Part shown: piece by piece, positions 21,702 to 31,164 of the stretch
Numbering within the stretch: position 1 is the stretch's first letter
How the letters are laid out: every line of letters starts with the position of its first letter
Assembly: GCA_046350815.1 (NCBI GenBank)
Contig: JAXLZO010000001.1
Span: 240,001-272,000, forward strand
Direction: 5' to 3'
Origin: Candidatus Saccharimonadota bacterium
GTDB taxonomy: Bacteria; Patescibacteriota; Gracilibacteria; BD1-5; UBA2023
DNA: 32,000 nucleotides
Translations under genes and position numbers: made by a program
The notes under the pieces: generated by a model
Seen by the model: the letters and a program-made list of their open reading frames with translations, nothing else
The model's database searches: none
What the model was told of the DNA's origin: nothing

Positions 21702-22417
21702 GGTCTAGACTAGCAAATTTTTAAAAATAGCTTTTTTTGCGAGTCTGAAATTTTTATAATTGTATCGAAATTCGCACCCTTTCAAACGAAGATGAAATTT
21801 ATCTGGGGCAATCCCATTAAACTTTGCCATTCTTCTTTTGCAGAAACTCCAGAAAGATTCAATACCATTCACATGATTCTTTCCTCTGGCAAACTCATTC
21901 TCACTGTGAAATACCCTATAGTGATCATATCCATTTAAAACAAGAGAATCATATGCTTTCCATCCATCCGTATAGATGGTAGATCATTCCAGTATTTTCC
22001 CATGAATAATTGGCATAAGTTCACTTCTGGAGCAGTTCTCTACAATACTTACAAATACTCTTCCATCTCGCTTGAGAAGTCCAAACACTGGTGTTTTTCC
22101 TGCAGCTCACCTTCCTCTTTTTCATCTAACCCGACGAGCACCAAAGTAACTTTCATCCAGTTCAAATTCTCATCAGAATTCATACCTTTCTTTGAAACTC
22201 TTTGATTCCTCAATGGAAATTCGCACAATAGCCTCTCGAAATCGGTTATACCAAAGATTCACACTATTACGATTTATCCCCATAATTTTTGCTGTCTGAG
22301 TAGCAGTAAAATCCTCAAAAAAATAGTAAAAAATTCTTCAAATTTTATAAGTCGATAATTTTGTGTATTTGATCATAAGCAAATAGTGTAAGAAGTACTA
22401 TTTGCTAGTCAAGACCC
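21701..22417 (-). mobile_element. IS1595-family insertion sequence, type C (717 bp)
   Basis: Inverted repeats are GGGTCTAGACTAGCAAAT (21701-21718) and ATTTGCTAGTCAAGACCC (22400-22417), matching at 17 of 18 positions. The 7-bp direct repeat TTGTCTA flanks it (21694-21700 and 22418-22424). Confidence 0.9.
21705..22376 (-). CDS. IS1595-family transposase, 223 aa
   Basis: Sequence MIKYTKLSTYKI[G]RIF...EF[G][G]EFELDESYFGARRVR[G]KRGR[G]AAGKTPVFGLLKRDGRVF...YTDGWKAYDSL...HYRVFHS...HVNGIESFWSFCKRRM. The stop TAG lies inside the left IR. Confidence 0.9.
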
Positions 22418-23034
22418 TTGTCTATCCAGCATTTCTCAAGCTCTCCATCACCGAACAAGCACAATTCTTGGAATCATATACAAAAAATAATCCTCAAGAA
22501 CTCGTGGTCCAGTTTGCAAGTACAGGAACAATTGATATGAAAGCTTTTCAAGAATCTTTCAGACAGCTCCCAAAGGCATCTGTTATTCGGCTGGAGTTTT
22601 ATAGTATTCCCGCAAACTATTATGAGCTCTTTGATGCCATGGATGAAAGACTCACCCAAGACTCAGAAATAGAAATCCGGATTTGGCTCCCTGACATCCC
22701 ATTTGGCTTCTCGGTGGATGCATTCTTCCTTCATGTCAAGAAATGGATCAATCGCCATCCAAATCATCTCGTTATTAAAGATTTCTCTTTCTCGATACTT
22801 AATGCTCCAGTGATACAATTTGTCCTCGAGAATCCAGCATCAGTACTCGGAGATTTCCCAGCCAAGAGAGTCTCTGCCGATCCGGTCGTCATCGATACAC
22901 GATGAGAGCCACCTGGTGATGGTCCAAAATGAAAAGCAGTCATTGAGCAGTTTTTCAAAAATAGCAAAGTCGAGAATATGCTTTTTGATTTTGGGAAGAA
23001 AGATGGAGAGAAAATTGAGGTATACGGATATTAA
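22418..23034 (+). pseudogene. Lipoprotein gene, 3' fragment (continuation of 21387..21700)
   Basis: Removing the IS and one TSD copy joins ...RSDIV to YPAFLKLSITEQ... in frame. The fragment continues through 2 TGA to TAA 23032-23034. Track ORF 22402..22905 (TTG start inside the IS end) is this fragment. Confidence 0.75.
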
Positions 23035-23060
23035 AAAAAACACCGATCGGTGTTTTTTTA
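23033..23060. terminator. Bidirectional hairpin terminator
   Basis: AAAAAAAACACCG-AT-CGGTGTTTTTTT is a palindrome with flanking A and T runs. It sits between convergent genes ending at 23034 (+) and 23092 (-). Confidence 0.7.
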
Positions 23061-23091
23061 AAGGCCTAAACTAGAAAATTTTTAAATGACT

Positions 23092-24306
23092 TTAATAACT
23101 AAGATTATCTAGTATTGTACTATTAGGTGCGGTGCGATAATGAGATTCAACATATGTTCAATCAGACTTAACATAGCTATTTACTGGAACTAAATTAGAA
23201 TTTGTTGTGGGAAGATCTACTAATGTGGGAGATATGGATAGTGCTTCTACTGAAAGTGGCTTATCAATACTTATGGATTGAGTTAGTGGTTTTCTATCAG
23301 AGAAATTAATGATACTAGTGGGTTTACAGGAGATAGACTTACGATCCCACTGATATCATTCATTACATCCACAATAATCATCATGGATATACCCATTTAT
23401 TAGATCGCAGTTTGATGCTGACGCTTTAGATGGATCATTAATAAATGCTAGTTCTGAAATCCATCATTCAGTGTCATTTTGTTTAATTTGATACCATGTC
23501 ATACTTCAGACAATCATTTTATTCAAAATATACACATACTCTCATCGAATAATGGGCTTAATAATATCTCAGTTTACTCCTGGGGTTTTTCGAAAATTTA
23601 TATCTTGCAGGATCTCTTTATATTCCAATTCTTTTAAGTTGGTATTAATAGGCGTGAGGTATGTACTCCAGTAAGTCACGCTTATTTCATTTTCACATAG
23701 TGTTCAATTTTTATCTGATTTGAGTAACAATATCTCATTTCAACTCTGTTGATTTCAATAGAGTTGATGTTCTTTTGCAAATTCTTGAGGAATACTTTGA
23801 AGTAAATTTACACTCATTACATAATTTGACAGCATATTAGATTGAAAGTCCTCAGAATGCTTGACTCATTGCATATTGTGAAAAAATTTCAATAAATATG
23901 CATCTGACTCTTTTATCAGTGATATAGTATGTTTGTATCATTCCGATGAAGCAGTGAGCTCAGTTAATAATGCCTCTTGTCATAATATACTTCTCTCGGC
24001 TAATAATTTAGGTGCAATAGTTTTCTGGAAAGGTATACCACTATTATGCTCTGTAGTTAAATTATAGTGATTTTGGTCTGGTGCGATAGAATAGAGTGCT
24101 ACTATTTTATGTATATTGCAGTAAGCTTTCCAAATACTCTCTATTGTTTTTTCGTTTGAAAGTTCTGTATTTCTTGTTTTTAGATATAAGGCTTGCCTAT
24201 TGGAAGAATCCTTTTTTGGAGTTTCTTGTGTACTACATCACGATATTGTAAGAGTTACTAGAGCAAGTGAAATAACATATGCCAATCTGGTTATTGCTTT
24301 AAACAT
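23092..24306 (-). CDS. Hypothetical lipoprotein, 404 aa, 13 in-frame TGA
   Basis: I checked every in-frame triplet from 24321 to 23092 and found no TAA or TAG before TAA 23092-23094. The signal peptide is MFKAITRLAYVISLALVTLTIS[G]C, a lipobox whose Gly is TGA-encoded. The gene is invisible in the standard-code track, which has no ORF of 60 aa or more here. Confidence 0.75.
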
Positions 24307-24385
24307 AAAACTTTTATTTGCTTACTTATAAAATATTCTATCAGAGATGCTAGAAAACCTTCAGTTTGCTCAAAAATAGTCATAA

Positions 24386-25684
24386 TTAGATCTTCTCTCT
24401 CCCACCCATAAACGGTCGAAGCACCTCTGGAACCCTCACACTTGCATCCTCATTCTGATAATTCTCCATAATAGCAACCATTGCACGACCGCAGGCAAAT
24501 GCTGTCGCATCATTCGTGTGGATGAGTTCTACTTCACCACTCGATCGGCGAACTCGTGTCTGAAGGCGACGAGATTGGTAGTCACTCATATAATCTGCTG
24601 TATGAGTCTCTCGGTATTTGCCTTGACCTGGAAGCCATGCTTCAATATCAGATCACTTTGCATTGGGCTTACCAATATCAAAAGTACACTTTTGGAGCTT
24701 CTGATACGGAAGACCAAGCTGTTGCATAAGATACTCTTGGATCGCTGAGAAGAGAAGATGCTCGTCATGTGCTGTCTCAACTGTCGAGAATGATTCCATC
24801 TCCATCTTATCGAACTGATGCATACGGATAATTCCTTCCATATCTTTACCGTACGTACCGGCCTCACCACGAAAACTGGTAGCATACCCGAGGTATCTCA
24901 CCGGCATATCAGCCTCAGCAAATATCTCACCAGCATGCATAGCTCAGAGAACATGTTCTGCACTTCCTTGGAGCCAGAGATCCTGTCACTCAATCTTATA
25001 TCGATCTTCGATTGGCTCGAGACGATCCATAGCATCGTATGGCTCGGTCTTGATCATAAGTGGTGGGAGCACTGGGGTAAATGGTTTTGCTGAGACATTG
25101 AGCCCATGTTCCTTGATAATCGATGCGAGGACTTCTTCATTCCCAAGTGTCGCCATTACCCATTGAACCAGTGCCATCTGGAGAAGGACGAGATTACCTT
25201 TGAGGTAAGCAAATCTTGAACCCGCAACATTTGCAGCACGCTCCTTGTCGATCCATCATCGGATCTCTGCAATCTGAGCATGATTGCGAACAGGGAAGCC
25301 AAATTCTGGAATAGTTCCCCATTGCTTCACGACAACATTCTCATCTTCCGTGAGACCCACTGGAGTATCGGGAGTTGGGATATTTGGGATTTTCTTAAAG
25401 AGGGCAAAAAACTGGCTCTCTACATCACCAAAATCCTTCTCAGCATTCTGAATCGATTCTTTGAGAGATTTTGCTTCATCGAGAAGTGCAGGATCTGGTT
25501 TTCCTTTACCCATCAGAGATGAGAGCTCATTGCGACGAGCACGCATGGCATCGAGTTCTTGTTGAAGACTTACACGTTTCTTATCGAGATCCATAACCAA
25601 ATCAAGATCTACTTTGACGACCTTGTCATGAAGTGCTTTTCGAACTATTTCAGGGTTGGTTCGAAGAATTTTAATATCAATCAT
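24386..25684 (-). CDS. serS: Seryl-tRNA synthetase, 432 aa
   Basis: Four track fragments share one frame and are joined by 5 TGA. The N-terminal coiled coil begins MIDIKILRTNPEIV. Class II motifs are YLGYATSFRGEAGTYGKDMEGIIRMHQFDKMEM and ...ATAFACGRAMVAIMENYQ. Confidence 0.93.
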
Positions 25685-25707
25685 AAAATGAGAAATGAGA
25701 GAAAATA

Positions 25708-27183
25708 CTATTCGTTATCCGAAGTTGAAGATGATTTTTTGGTTTTTGTGCCTTTTTTATCTCATCGATAGATACTACCGGTTTCGCGATATTGCTTCTT
25801 CTTATGTTCCATTTTAGCCAGTCGTTCCTTTTCTTTGAAGATACTGACTCGACCCTTGAGCTCGAGGTTAATCGGAGTACCTTGGAATCAAAATGCTTCA
25901 CGGATACGATTTTCAATATAGCGTGGATAGGAGAAGTGAAAATGTGAAGCATTGTTCACGGAAATCACGAATTTTGGAGGATTCACCTCAACCTGTGATC
26001 AATAAAATACTTTTGGTTTGTGCGACTTACGATTTCCCGTCGGTGGATGATCAAGAATAATCTGTTGCAAGAAGTTATTGAATTCCCCAGTTGTCACTCG
26101 CTTATGACGCTCATTGTAGATGGAGAGTGCCTGATCAAGTATATTATTAATGCGCTTTCCATCAGTTGCCACTGTGAAAACTGGACTAACATACGCAATA
26201 AATGCAAGTTCCCGTTGAAGATACTTCAGATAATGTTCCATGATTTTATCTTTGTCCGTATCAGGACGAGCTAGAACTTTATCCCACTTATTGATAACCA
26301 AGATAACTCACTTTTTCTCTTCGAGTGCTTTGGAGAGGACAACTTGATCTTGGTGAGTCACTCCTTCATCCGCATCAACCACGAGAGCTATCACATCAGC
26401 ACGTCCGATAGCACGTTCACTGCGAAGTACACTCCAATCCTCAATATCAGCGTGCTCAATTTTACCAGAGCGACGAATACCCGCTGTATCGATAAGAATA
26501 TATTCATGACCGTTGTACTCAAAATGAGTATCGATACTATCTCGCGTCGTCCCTGGCATATCGCGCACCATCGCTCTGTTTTGCCCGGTAATTGCATTGA
26601 TAAGTGAGGATTTTCCAACATTTGGGCGACCTATGAGGGCGAGCTTGATGGGAGTTTCTTCTGATTCCTCTTTCTTCTCGAGACCATGTGACTTGAGAAA
26701 AGCTGATATTTCACCCCAGAGTTGACCGAAGCCACGACGATGTGACACAGATACTGCAATGGGCATACCGAGACCGAGAGACATGAGCTCAAGAGCTTGT
26801 GTATCACGTAACTCATTATCTGCCTTGTTAGCAACCAAGATGATTGGTTTCTTCATGCGACGAAGTACTTTTGCAATCTCAAGATCTTCATTGGATATAT
26901 GCGAATATTCCACAACAAAGATAATAGCATCCGAGCGTTCGATCGAAGCCTCAGCACGCTCACGAATATCACGAAGTATCTCATCACGAGAACCTGAAAC
27001 AAGTCACCCACTGTCACAGAGGGTAAAGTGACCGCCTGTTTCACGGTCAACCATGCTAAATTCGAGAATATCACGGGTTGTGTTCTCCTGATCATGCACA
27101 ATGGCAATTTTATGTCCAATAAGGGCATTGAAGAGGGATGATTTCCCAACATTCGGACGCCCAACGATAGTGATACGAGCCAT
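25708..27183 (-). CDS. der: Ribosome-biogenesis GTPase Der (EngA), 491 aa
   Basis: Two tandem G domains are present ([16 protein letters not shown] and [16 protein letters not shown]; DS G[G] and DTAG; NKAD and NKWD), followed by a KH-like C-terminus. I translated the frame codon by codon down to TAG 25708-25710. The track's upstream start at 27198 is TTG, and I prefer ATG 27183. Confidence 0.92.
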
Positions 27184-27314
27184 GAAAAAAGTATTCAAAA
27201 ATGAGAAGCGGATTATATTGACAAATGAAAAATCTCAAAAAGAGAATATACTCTCCCTCAGAGTATCAAGGATATTGCGCATATCATTGATCTCAATACA
27301 CTTACGAAAAAATT

Positions 27315-27872
27315 ATGTCAAAACGAGCTCTTATAATCATTGATTGCATTAATGAAATGCTTCACCCTGATGGCAAACTCTCTCAAAAAGGATACAGAAA
27401 TTTTCTAGAACAACACCAAAGCATAACCCATATCAACAAAGTTATAGCAGATGCAAGAGCAAATAATTCCCTCGTCGTATTTATATCACTCGGATTTCAC
27501 GAGAACTACGCAGATTGTCCACTTTCGTCACCTCTCTTCCAAAATGCTCCAAAATTTGGGATTCTCAAGCGATGAACTTGGTCAACAAATATATATGAAG
27601 AGGTCAATCATAAAGACAATGATATTTCAATTCATAAAAATCGTGTCAGTGCATTTCATCATACAGAATTGGATAATATTTTAAAGGAGCATGGTGTGAC
27701 ACATATTCTGCTTGCTGGTTGTGCAACTGATCTTGCAATAAATTCAACTGCTCGTGATGCGCATGATAGAGATTATAGTGTCACGATACTATCATCGTGC
27801 TGTATTGCAGCAAATAATGAAGATCATGATAATAGTCTCCGACTATTAGGAAAAATTACAGAAATTTTATAA
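27315..27872 (+). CDS. Isochorismatase-family cysteine hydrolase, 185 aa
   Basis: Fragments 27315.. and 27669.. share a frame through one TGA. Motifs are RALIIIDCINEM, NRVSAFHHTELDNILKEHGVTHILLAGCATDLAINSTARDAHDRDYSVTIL. Confidence 0.8.
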
Positions 27873-27883
27873 AAATTTTTACT

Positions 27884-28333
27884 ATGCAATTATCACAATT
27901 TCTCGTGGAAGCAAAAACTTCTACCTATGCGGCTGGGGATAGTGCGAAACGGACCAAAGAAACGGACCAATCAACTACAATGATATTTGAGAAAGGAGAC
28001 TGGAAATACCACGATAATTACTTTGGTGGGGAACCTTACGGTGGTCGTGAAGTGGTGCTCTTCCAATGAAAACCAATCTGGATGATGACATACTATGGCT
28101 GGGTCGAAAAAAGCAGAGATATAATTGCATGAGAAGTCTATAGAATCCTCCAATGAGCACTCAGAAATATACCTGAGCGTGCACCATATCGTGGACCTCT
28201 AGAGTACAAAGATGAAGAATATATTTATCAAGGGTCTAAACCAGTTGACAGGATAAATTATCCCATAAACTTGGCTCTATGATCAGTAAAACTACCTATA
28301 GGAAAAAATCACGAATTTGAGATGCAAAAATAA
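27884..28333 (+). CDS. DUF5680-like protein gene truncated by an IS (native part 27884..28231; read-through tail is IS sequence)
   Basis: Sequence MQLSQFLVEAKTSTYAAGD...YHDNYFGGEPYGGREVVLFQ[G]KPIWMMTYYGWV...EEYIYQ, then the IS left end is translated as GSKPVDRINYP... to TAA 28331-28333. The family assignment is from memory of DUF5680 sequences and needs an HMM check. Confidence 0.6.
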
Positions 28334-28984
28334 GAGAAATTGTGAAATATTTTTCTCTGGATTTTACTTCAGATAAAACAGCGGTATTAACAGGTCTCAA
28401 TCCAAAAACAACACAGGATTGGTATAGATATATCAGAAAGGCGATAGCCTTTCTCTGTGAGAGAGAAAAGAATGAAATATGGACTGGAAATGTTGAGATA
28501 GATGAGAGTTACTTCTGACCAACAAGAGTCCGATGAAAGAGAGGAAGGTGAGCTGGTATGAAGACAATAGTCTTTGGTTTACTCAAAAGAAACTGAAAAG
28601 TATATACTGAGATAGTTCCTGATGTAAAAGCAAGGACTCTCGTGCCAATCATTCGATGAAAACTTCGTATAGAAGAGTCTGAGATTAACAGTGATGGATG
28701 GTGAGCTTATGATGGGCTTGTAGATATTGGATATGAGAAACACTACCGTGTTCATCACGGAGCAAATGAATTTGCAAGATGAACTCAACACATTAATTGA
28801 ATAGAGTCATTTTGGAGTTATACCAAAAGAAGACTCTCTCAATTCAATGGAATCAAGAAAGTCTACTTCTACTATTTTTTGAAAGAATCTGAATTCAGAT
28901 ATAATTGTCGTATTCAATGAAAAGATATTTATAAGGAAGTGCTAAAGTTACTTCGTCAATATAACCCGTAACTGGTTTAGACCC
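28232..28984 (+). mobile_element. IS1595-family insertion sequence, type B, copy 2 (753 bp)
   Basis: It has the same sequence as 12547-13299 (offset 15685). The 7-bp direct repeat TTATCAA flanks it (28225-28231 and 28985-28991). Confidence 0.92.
28279..28971 (+). CDS. IS1595-family transposase, 230 aa (identical to 12594..13286)
   Basis: Identical nucleotide sequence to copy 1. The identical antisense track ORFs 12894..13106 and 28579..28791 confirm the duplication. Confidence 0.92.
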
Positions 28985-28985
28985 T

Positions 28986-29099
28986 TATCAAAATTCCTAT
29001 ACTTGAAATATTGAGCAATTTTCAGGTAAAGAAATAATAAAGCAGGGTGATACGATAGTTTATCAGGCCCAATATATGGGAGGGATCATCGATCAGTAA
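28986..29099 (+). pseudogene. DUF5680-like gene, 3' remnant
   Basis: After removing the IS and one TSD copy, ...EEYIYQ continues in frame as NSYT[G]NIEQFSGKEIIKQGDTIVYQAQYMGGIIDQ to TAA 29097-29099. Confidence 0.6.
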
Positions 29100-29203
29100 A
29101 ATATTATTTTTCTGTTTTCTCAAACTTTAAAAAAGTATGCATCTCTGAATATTTTCATACATCAATATTCCATTAATTCCATTGAGACAAAATCTCATTT
29201 CAT

Positions 29204-29236
29204 AAGAAGGAGTGTTACACTCCTTCTTTCTTTTTA
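29204..29236 (+). terminator. Rho-independent terminator
   Basis: Stem AAGAAGGAGT (29204-29213) pairs with ACTCCTTCTT (29219-29228). A T-rich tract TCTTTTT follows. Confidence 0.7.
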
Positions 29237-29246
29237 TAAAATACAT

Positions 29247-29963
29247 ATGAATCTACAAAAAACTATTTTTTCATTTGTGTATCTATTATGTAGCATAGTG
29301 CTCACATCTTGTACACCGTGAACTCACACACCATCCTCTTCTTCATCACAAATATTAGCCTGATCATCCTCTCTACTATATACCTATATTCCCATTCATT
29401 GTGAAGCATCCAAAATTCCTGAGACACTCAAAGTGATTGAACAAATTTCGTCTGGATCAATCATAGAGATCAATATTCAAGATGATTGCAAGAATGGCTA
29501 TTTTATACTTGAAGTGCCTCTGTCGATTCGTGAGGCGCTTGCCAAAGGAAGTTATAAAATGGTTATTCTCGGTGATGATTCCAGTGAAGGTCCACGTACA
29601 TCTTTCACTGCAGATGAATGGCAATGGCTCAAAAATCTCAATACACAGCTGATCATCAGTAGAGAAGTGGAAATGACTTTCCCTGGAACATCTCGGACAG
29701 CAGATCAACGTGATTTATTTGAGATACTACCTATATTGAGTGCAGGAACTCCTAAAAAATATACGAATCTAATTGAGTACTCGGATTATTTTCCTGGCTC
29801 ACTCACTCGAGAGAACATCCAAAAATGTGACTCTCTTGTGCTCGGATCCATATCATACTCATGAGCACAAACATTGTATAAATCACCAAAAGAAGATAAC
29901 TATCCAGCGGAAATGAAATGATTTAGAGACCGAGCTTCTTGTTATGCACAAGTCATCCGATAA
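29247..29963 (+). CDS. Hypothetical lipoprotein, 238 aa
   Basis: ATG 29247. The signal peptide with lipobox is MNLQKTIFSFVYLLCSIVLTSC. The frame is continuous with track ORF 29433..29864 through 2 upstream and 2 downstream TGA. The stop is TAA 29961-29963. Confidence 0.7.
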
Positions 29964-29993
29964 ATTCTTTTAAATTCAACTTGAACCTCAAAA

Positions 29994-30019
29994 ATCTCCG
30001 TGGAATATTCCACGGAGAT
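29994..30019. terminator. Bidirectional hairpin terminator
   Basis: TCTCCGTGGAAT/ATTCCACGGAGA is a perfect palindrome flanked by AAAAA and TTTTT. It sits between convergent genes ending at 29963 (+) and 30034 (-). Confidence 0.75.
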
Positions 30020-30033
30020 TTTTATTGAATCGA

Positions 30034-30573
30034 TTACTCGTCCATTCCCACAACCACTTTTGCATGTCGTACGACATGCTCACCCATCATAAACCCTGAC
30101 TCAAAGTCAGCAATGATTTTGCCTTGTGGTCCAGGACCTTGACTCATAACATCATGTCGAGCTGGATCCACATCTTGACCAACACTGTCGAATTTATTCA
30201 CTCCAACAGAAGTTAAACCTTTTTCGAAAATATCCTTAGCACTCTTGATACCAGCAAGAAGCGTCTCCGCAGAAGTAGACTCATTCGACTGATCAGCAAT
30301 GCGTGCTATATTGTCATAGGCAGGAAGTATTTTTCCAACAATATTCGCAGTGAAAAATGTTTTCATCTCTTCTCGCTCACGAGCATGACGCTTGACGAGA
30401 TTGTCATAGTCAGCTTTGAGCCGCTGAATGATGACAATTTGATCATCATCTGATGAAGAAGTCTGAGACGAAGATTCATCTTCTTGACTCACAGCTTCTT
30501 CAGAAATATTCTCTGTGACAATATTCTCATCATCGAGTTTTTCTTCATTGTGAGTTTGATTCTCTTGTGTCAT
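30034..30573 (-). CDS. grpE: Nucleotide exchange factor GrpE, 179 aa
   Basis: An intact ORF. It has an acidic N-terminus, then LKADYDNLVKRHAREREE..., ILPAYDNIARI, and FDSVGQDVDPARHDVMSQ...GKIIADFESGFMMGEHVVRHAKVVV. Confidence 0.9.
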   Translation of the reverse strand: MTQENQTHNEEKLDDENIVTENISEEAVSQEDESSSQTSSSDDDQIVIIQRLKADYDNLVKRHAREREEMKTFFTANIVGKILPAYDNIARIADQSNESTSAETLLAGIKSAKDIFEKGLTSVGVNKFDSVGQDVDPARHDVMSQGPGPQGKIIADFESGFMMGEHVVRHAKVVVGMDE

Positions 30574-30608
30574 AAATTTGTATTAAAAGTTAAAAGAAAT
30601 ATTAAGGA

Positions 30609-31109
30609 CTAACGTTTAAGTTTATTCTTGACTTCTGCTGCTTTTGATTCAATGCGATACCGAGTATCCTCAAATATATCACGAATGCTTGATTCGAGAA
30701 TCTGGTATGCATGATTTCCATCTCGTTTCAATTTCTCAATAATCACATCTGCTTCCGACTTAATCGTGTTAATATGCTCTTCGCGACGTGAGTAAACATC
30801 TTCAATTTTTGATCGAATATCATCGAGATTTGGGGCTCCAATTTCTTTAAGACGGGCGATTTCCTGAGAAAAATCCTCCTCCATATACGCAATTTCTTCT
30901 TTGAGACGATTGCGTATGCTGGTGAGCTGAGTGCGAACTTCATCACTTAATTCAAGCTCATTGATACGATTCCAGATATCTTTATGAAGATTGACAAACT
31001 CATCACGAAATTCAGAAAAACTCGATGGGAACTTGTCATTTTTTGTAACTATTGCAGCCGCTACACCAGCAATATAGCCAAAGCCAAGCCAAAGAAGTGA
31101 TTTTTTCAT
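30609..31109 (-). CDS. Membrane-anchored helical protein (YtxH-like), 166 aa
   Basis: An intact ORF. The N-terminal anchor is MKKSLLWLGFGYIAGVAAAIV, followed by charged helical repeats. It is located between groEL and grpE. Confidence 0.5.
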   Translation of the reverse strand: MKKSLLWLGFGYIAGVAAAIVTKNDKFPSSFSEFRDEFVNLHKDIWNRINELELSDEVRTQLTSIRNRLKEEIAYMEEDFSQEIARLKEIGAPNLDDIRSKIEDVYSRREEHINTIKSEADVIIEKLKRDGNHAYQILESSIRDIFEDTRYRIESKAAEVKNKLKR

Positions 31110-31120
31110 ATGGAAGAATT

Positions 31121-31157
31121 AAAAGAGAAGAGAGTATAGAACATATACTCTCTTTTT
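31121..31157 (-). terminator. Hairpin terminator or attenuator downstream of groEL
   Basis: An 11-bp stem AAGAGAGTATA (31128-31138) pairs with TATACTCTCTT (31144-31154) around the loop GAACA. T-rich sequence follows on both strands. Confidence 0.55.
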
Positions 31158-31164
31158 GCAAATA

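Noticed and set aside
22402-22905. Independent 167-aa gene starting at TTG inside the IS right end
   Set aside because: Its reading frame is the exact continuation of the lipoprotein gene interrupted at 21700, so it is a 3' fragment and not a separate gene.
23074-24386. ORF-free 1.3 kb as a non-coding region, large ncRNA or degraded DNA
   Set aside because: One reverse frame is free of TAA and TAG for 405 codons and begins with a signal peptide and lipobox. It is a TGA-rich CDS.
12547-28984. Composite transposon formed by the two identical IS copies
   Set aside because: Each copy has its own, different 7-bp target duplication, so they inserted independently. The intervening DNA is core housekeeping.
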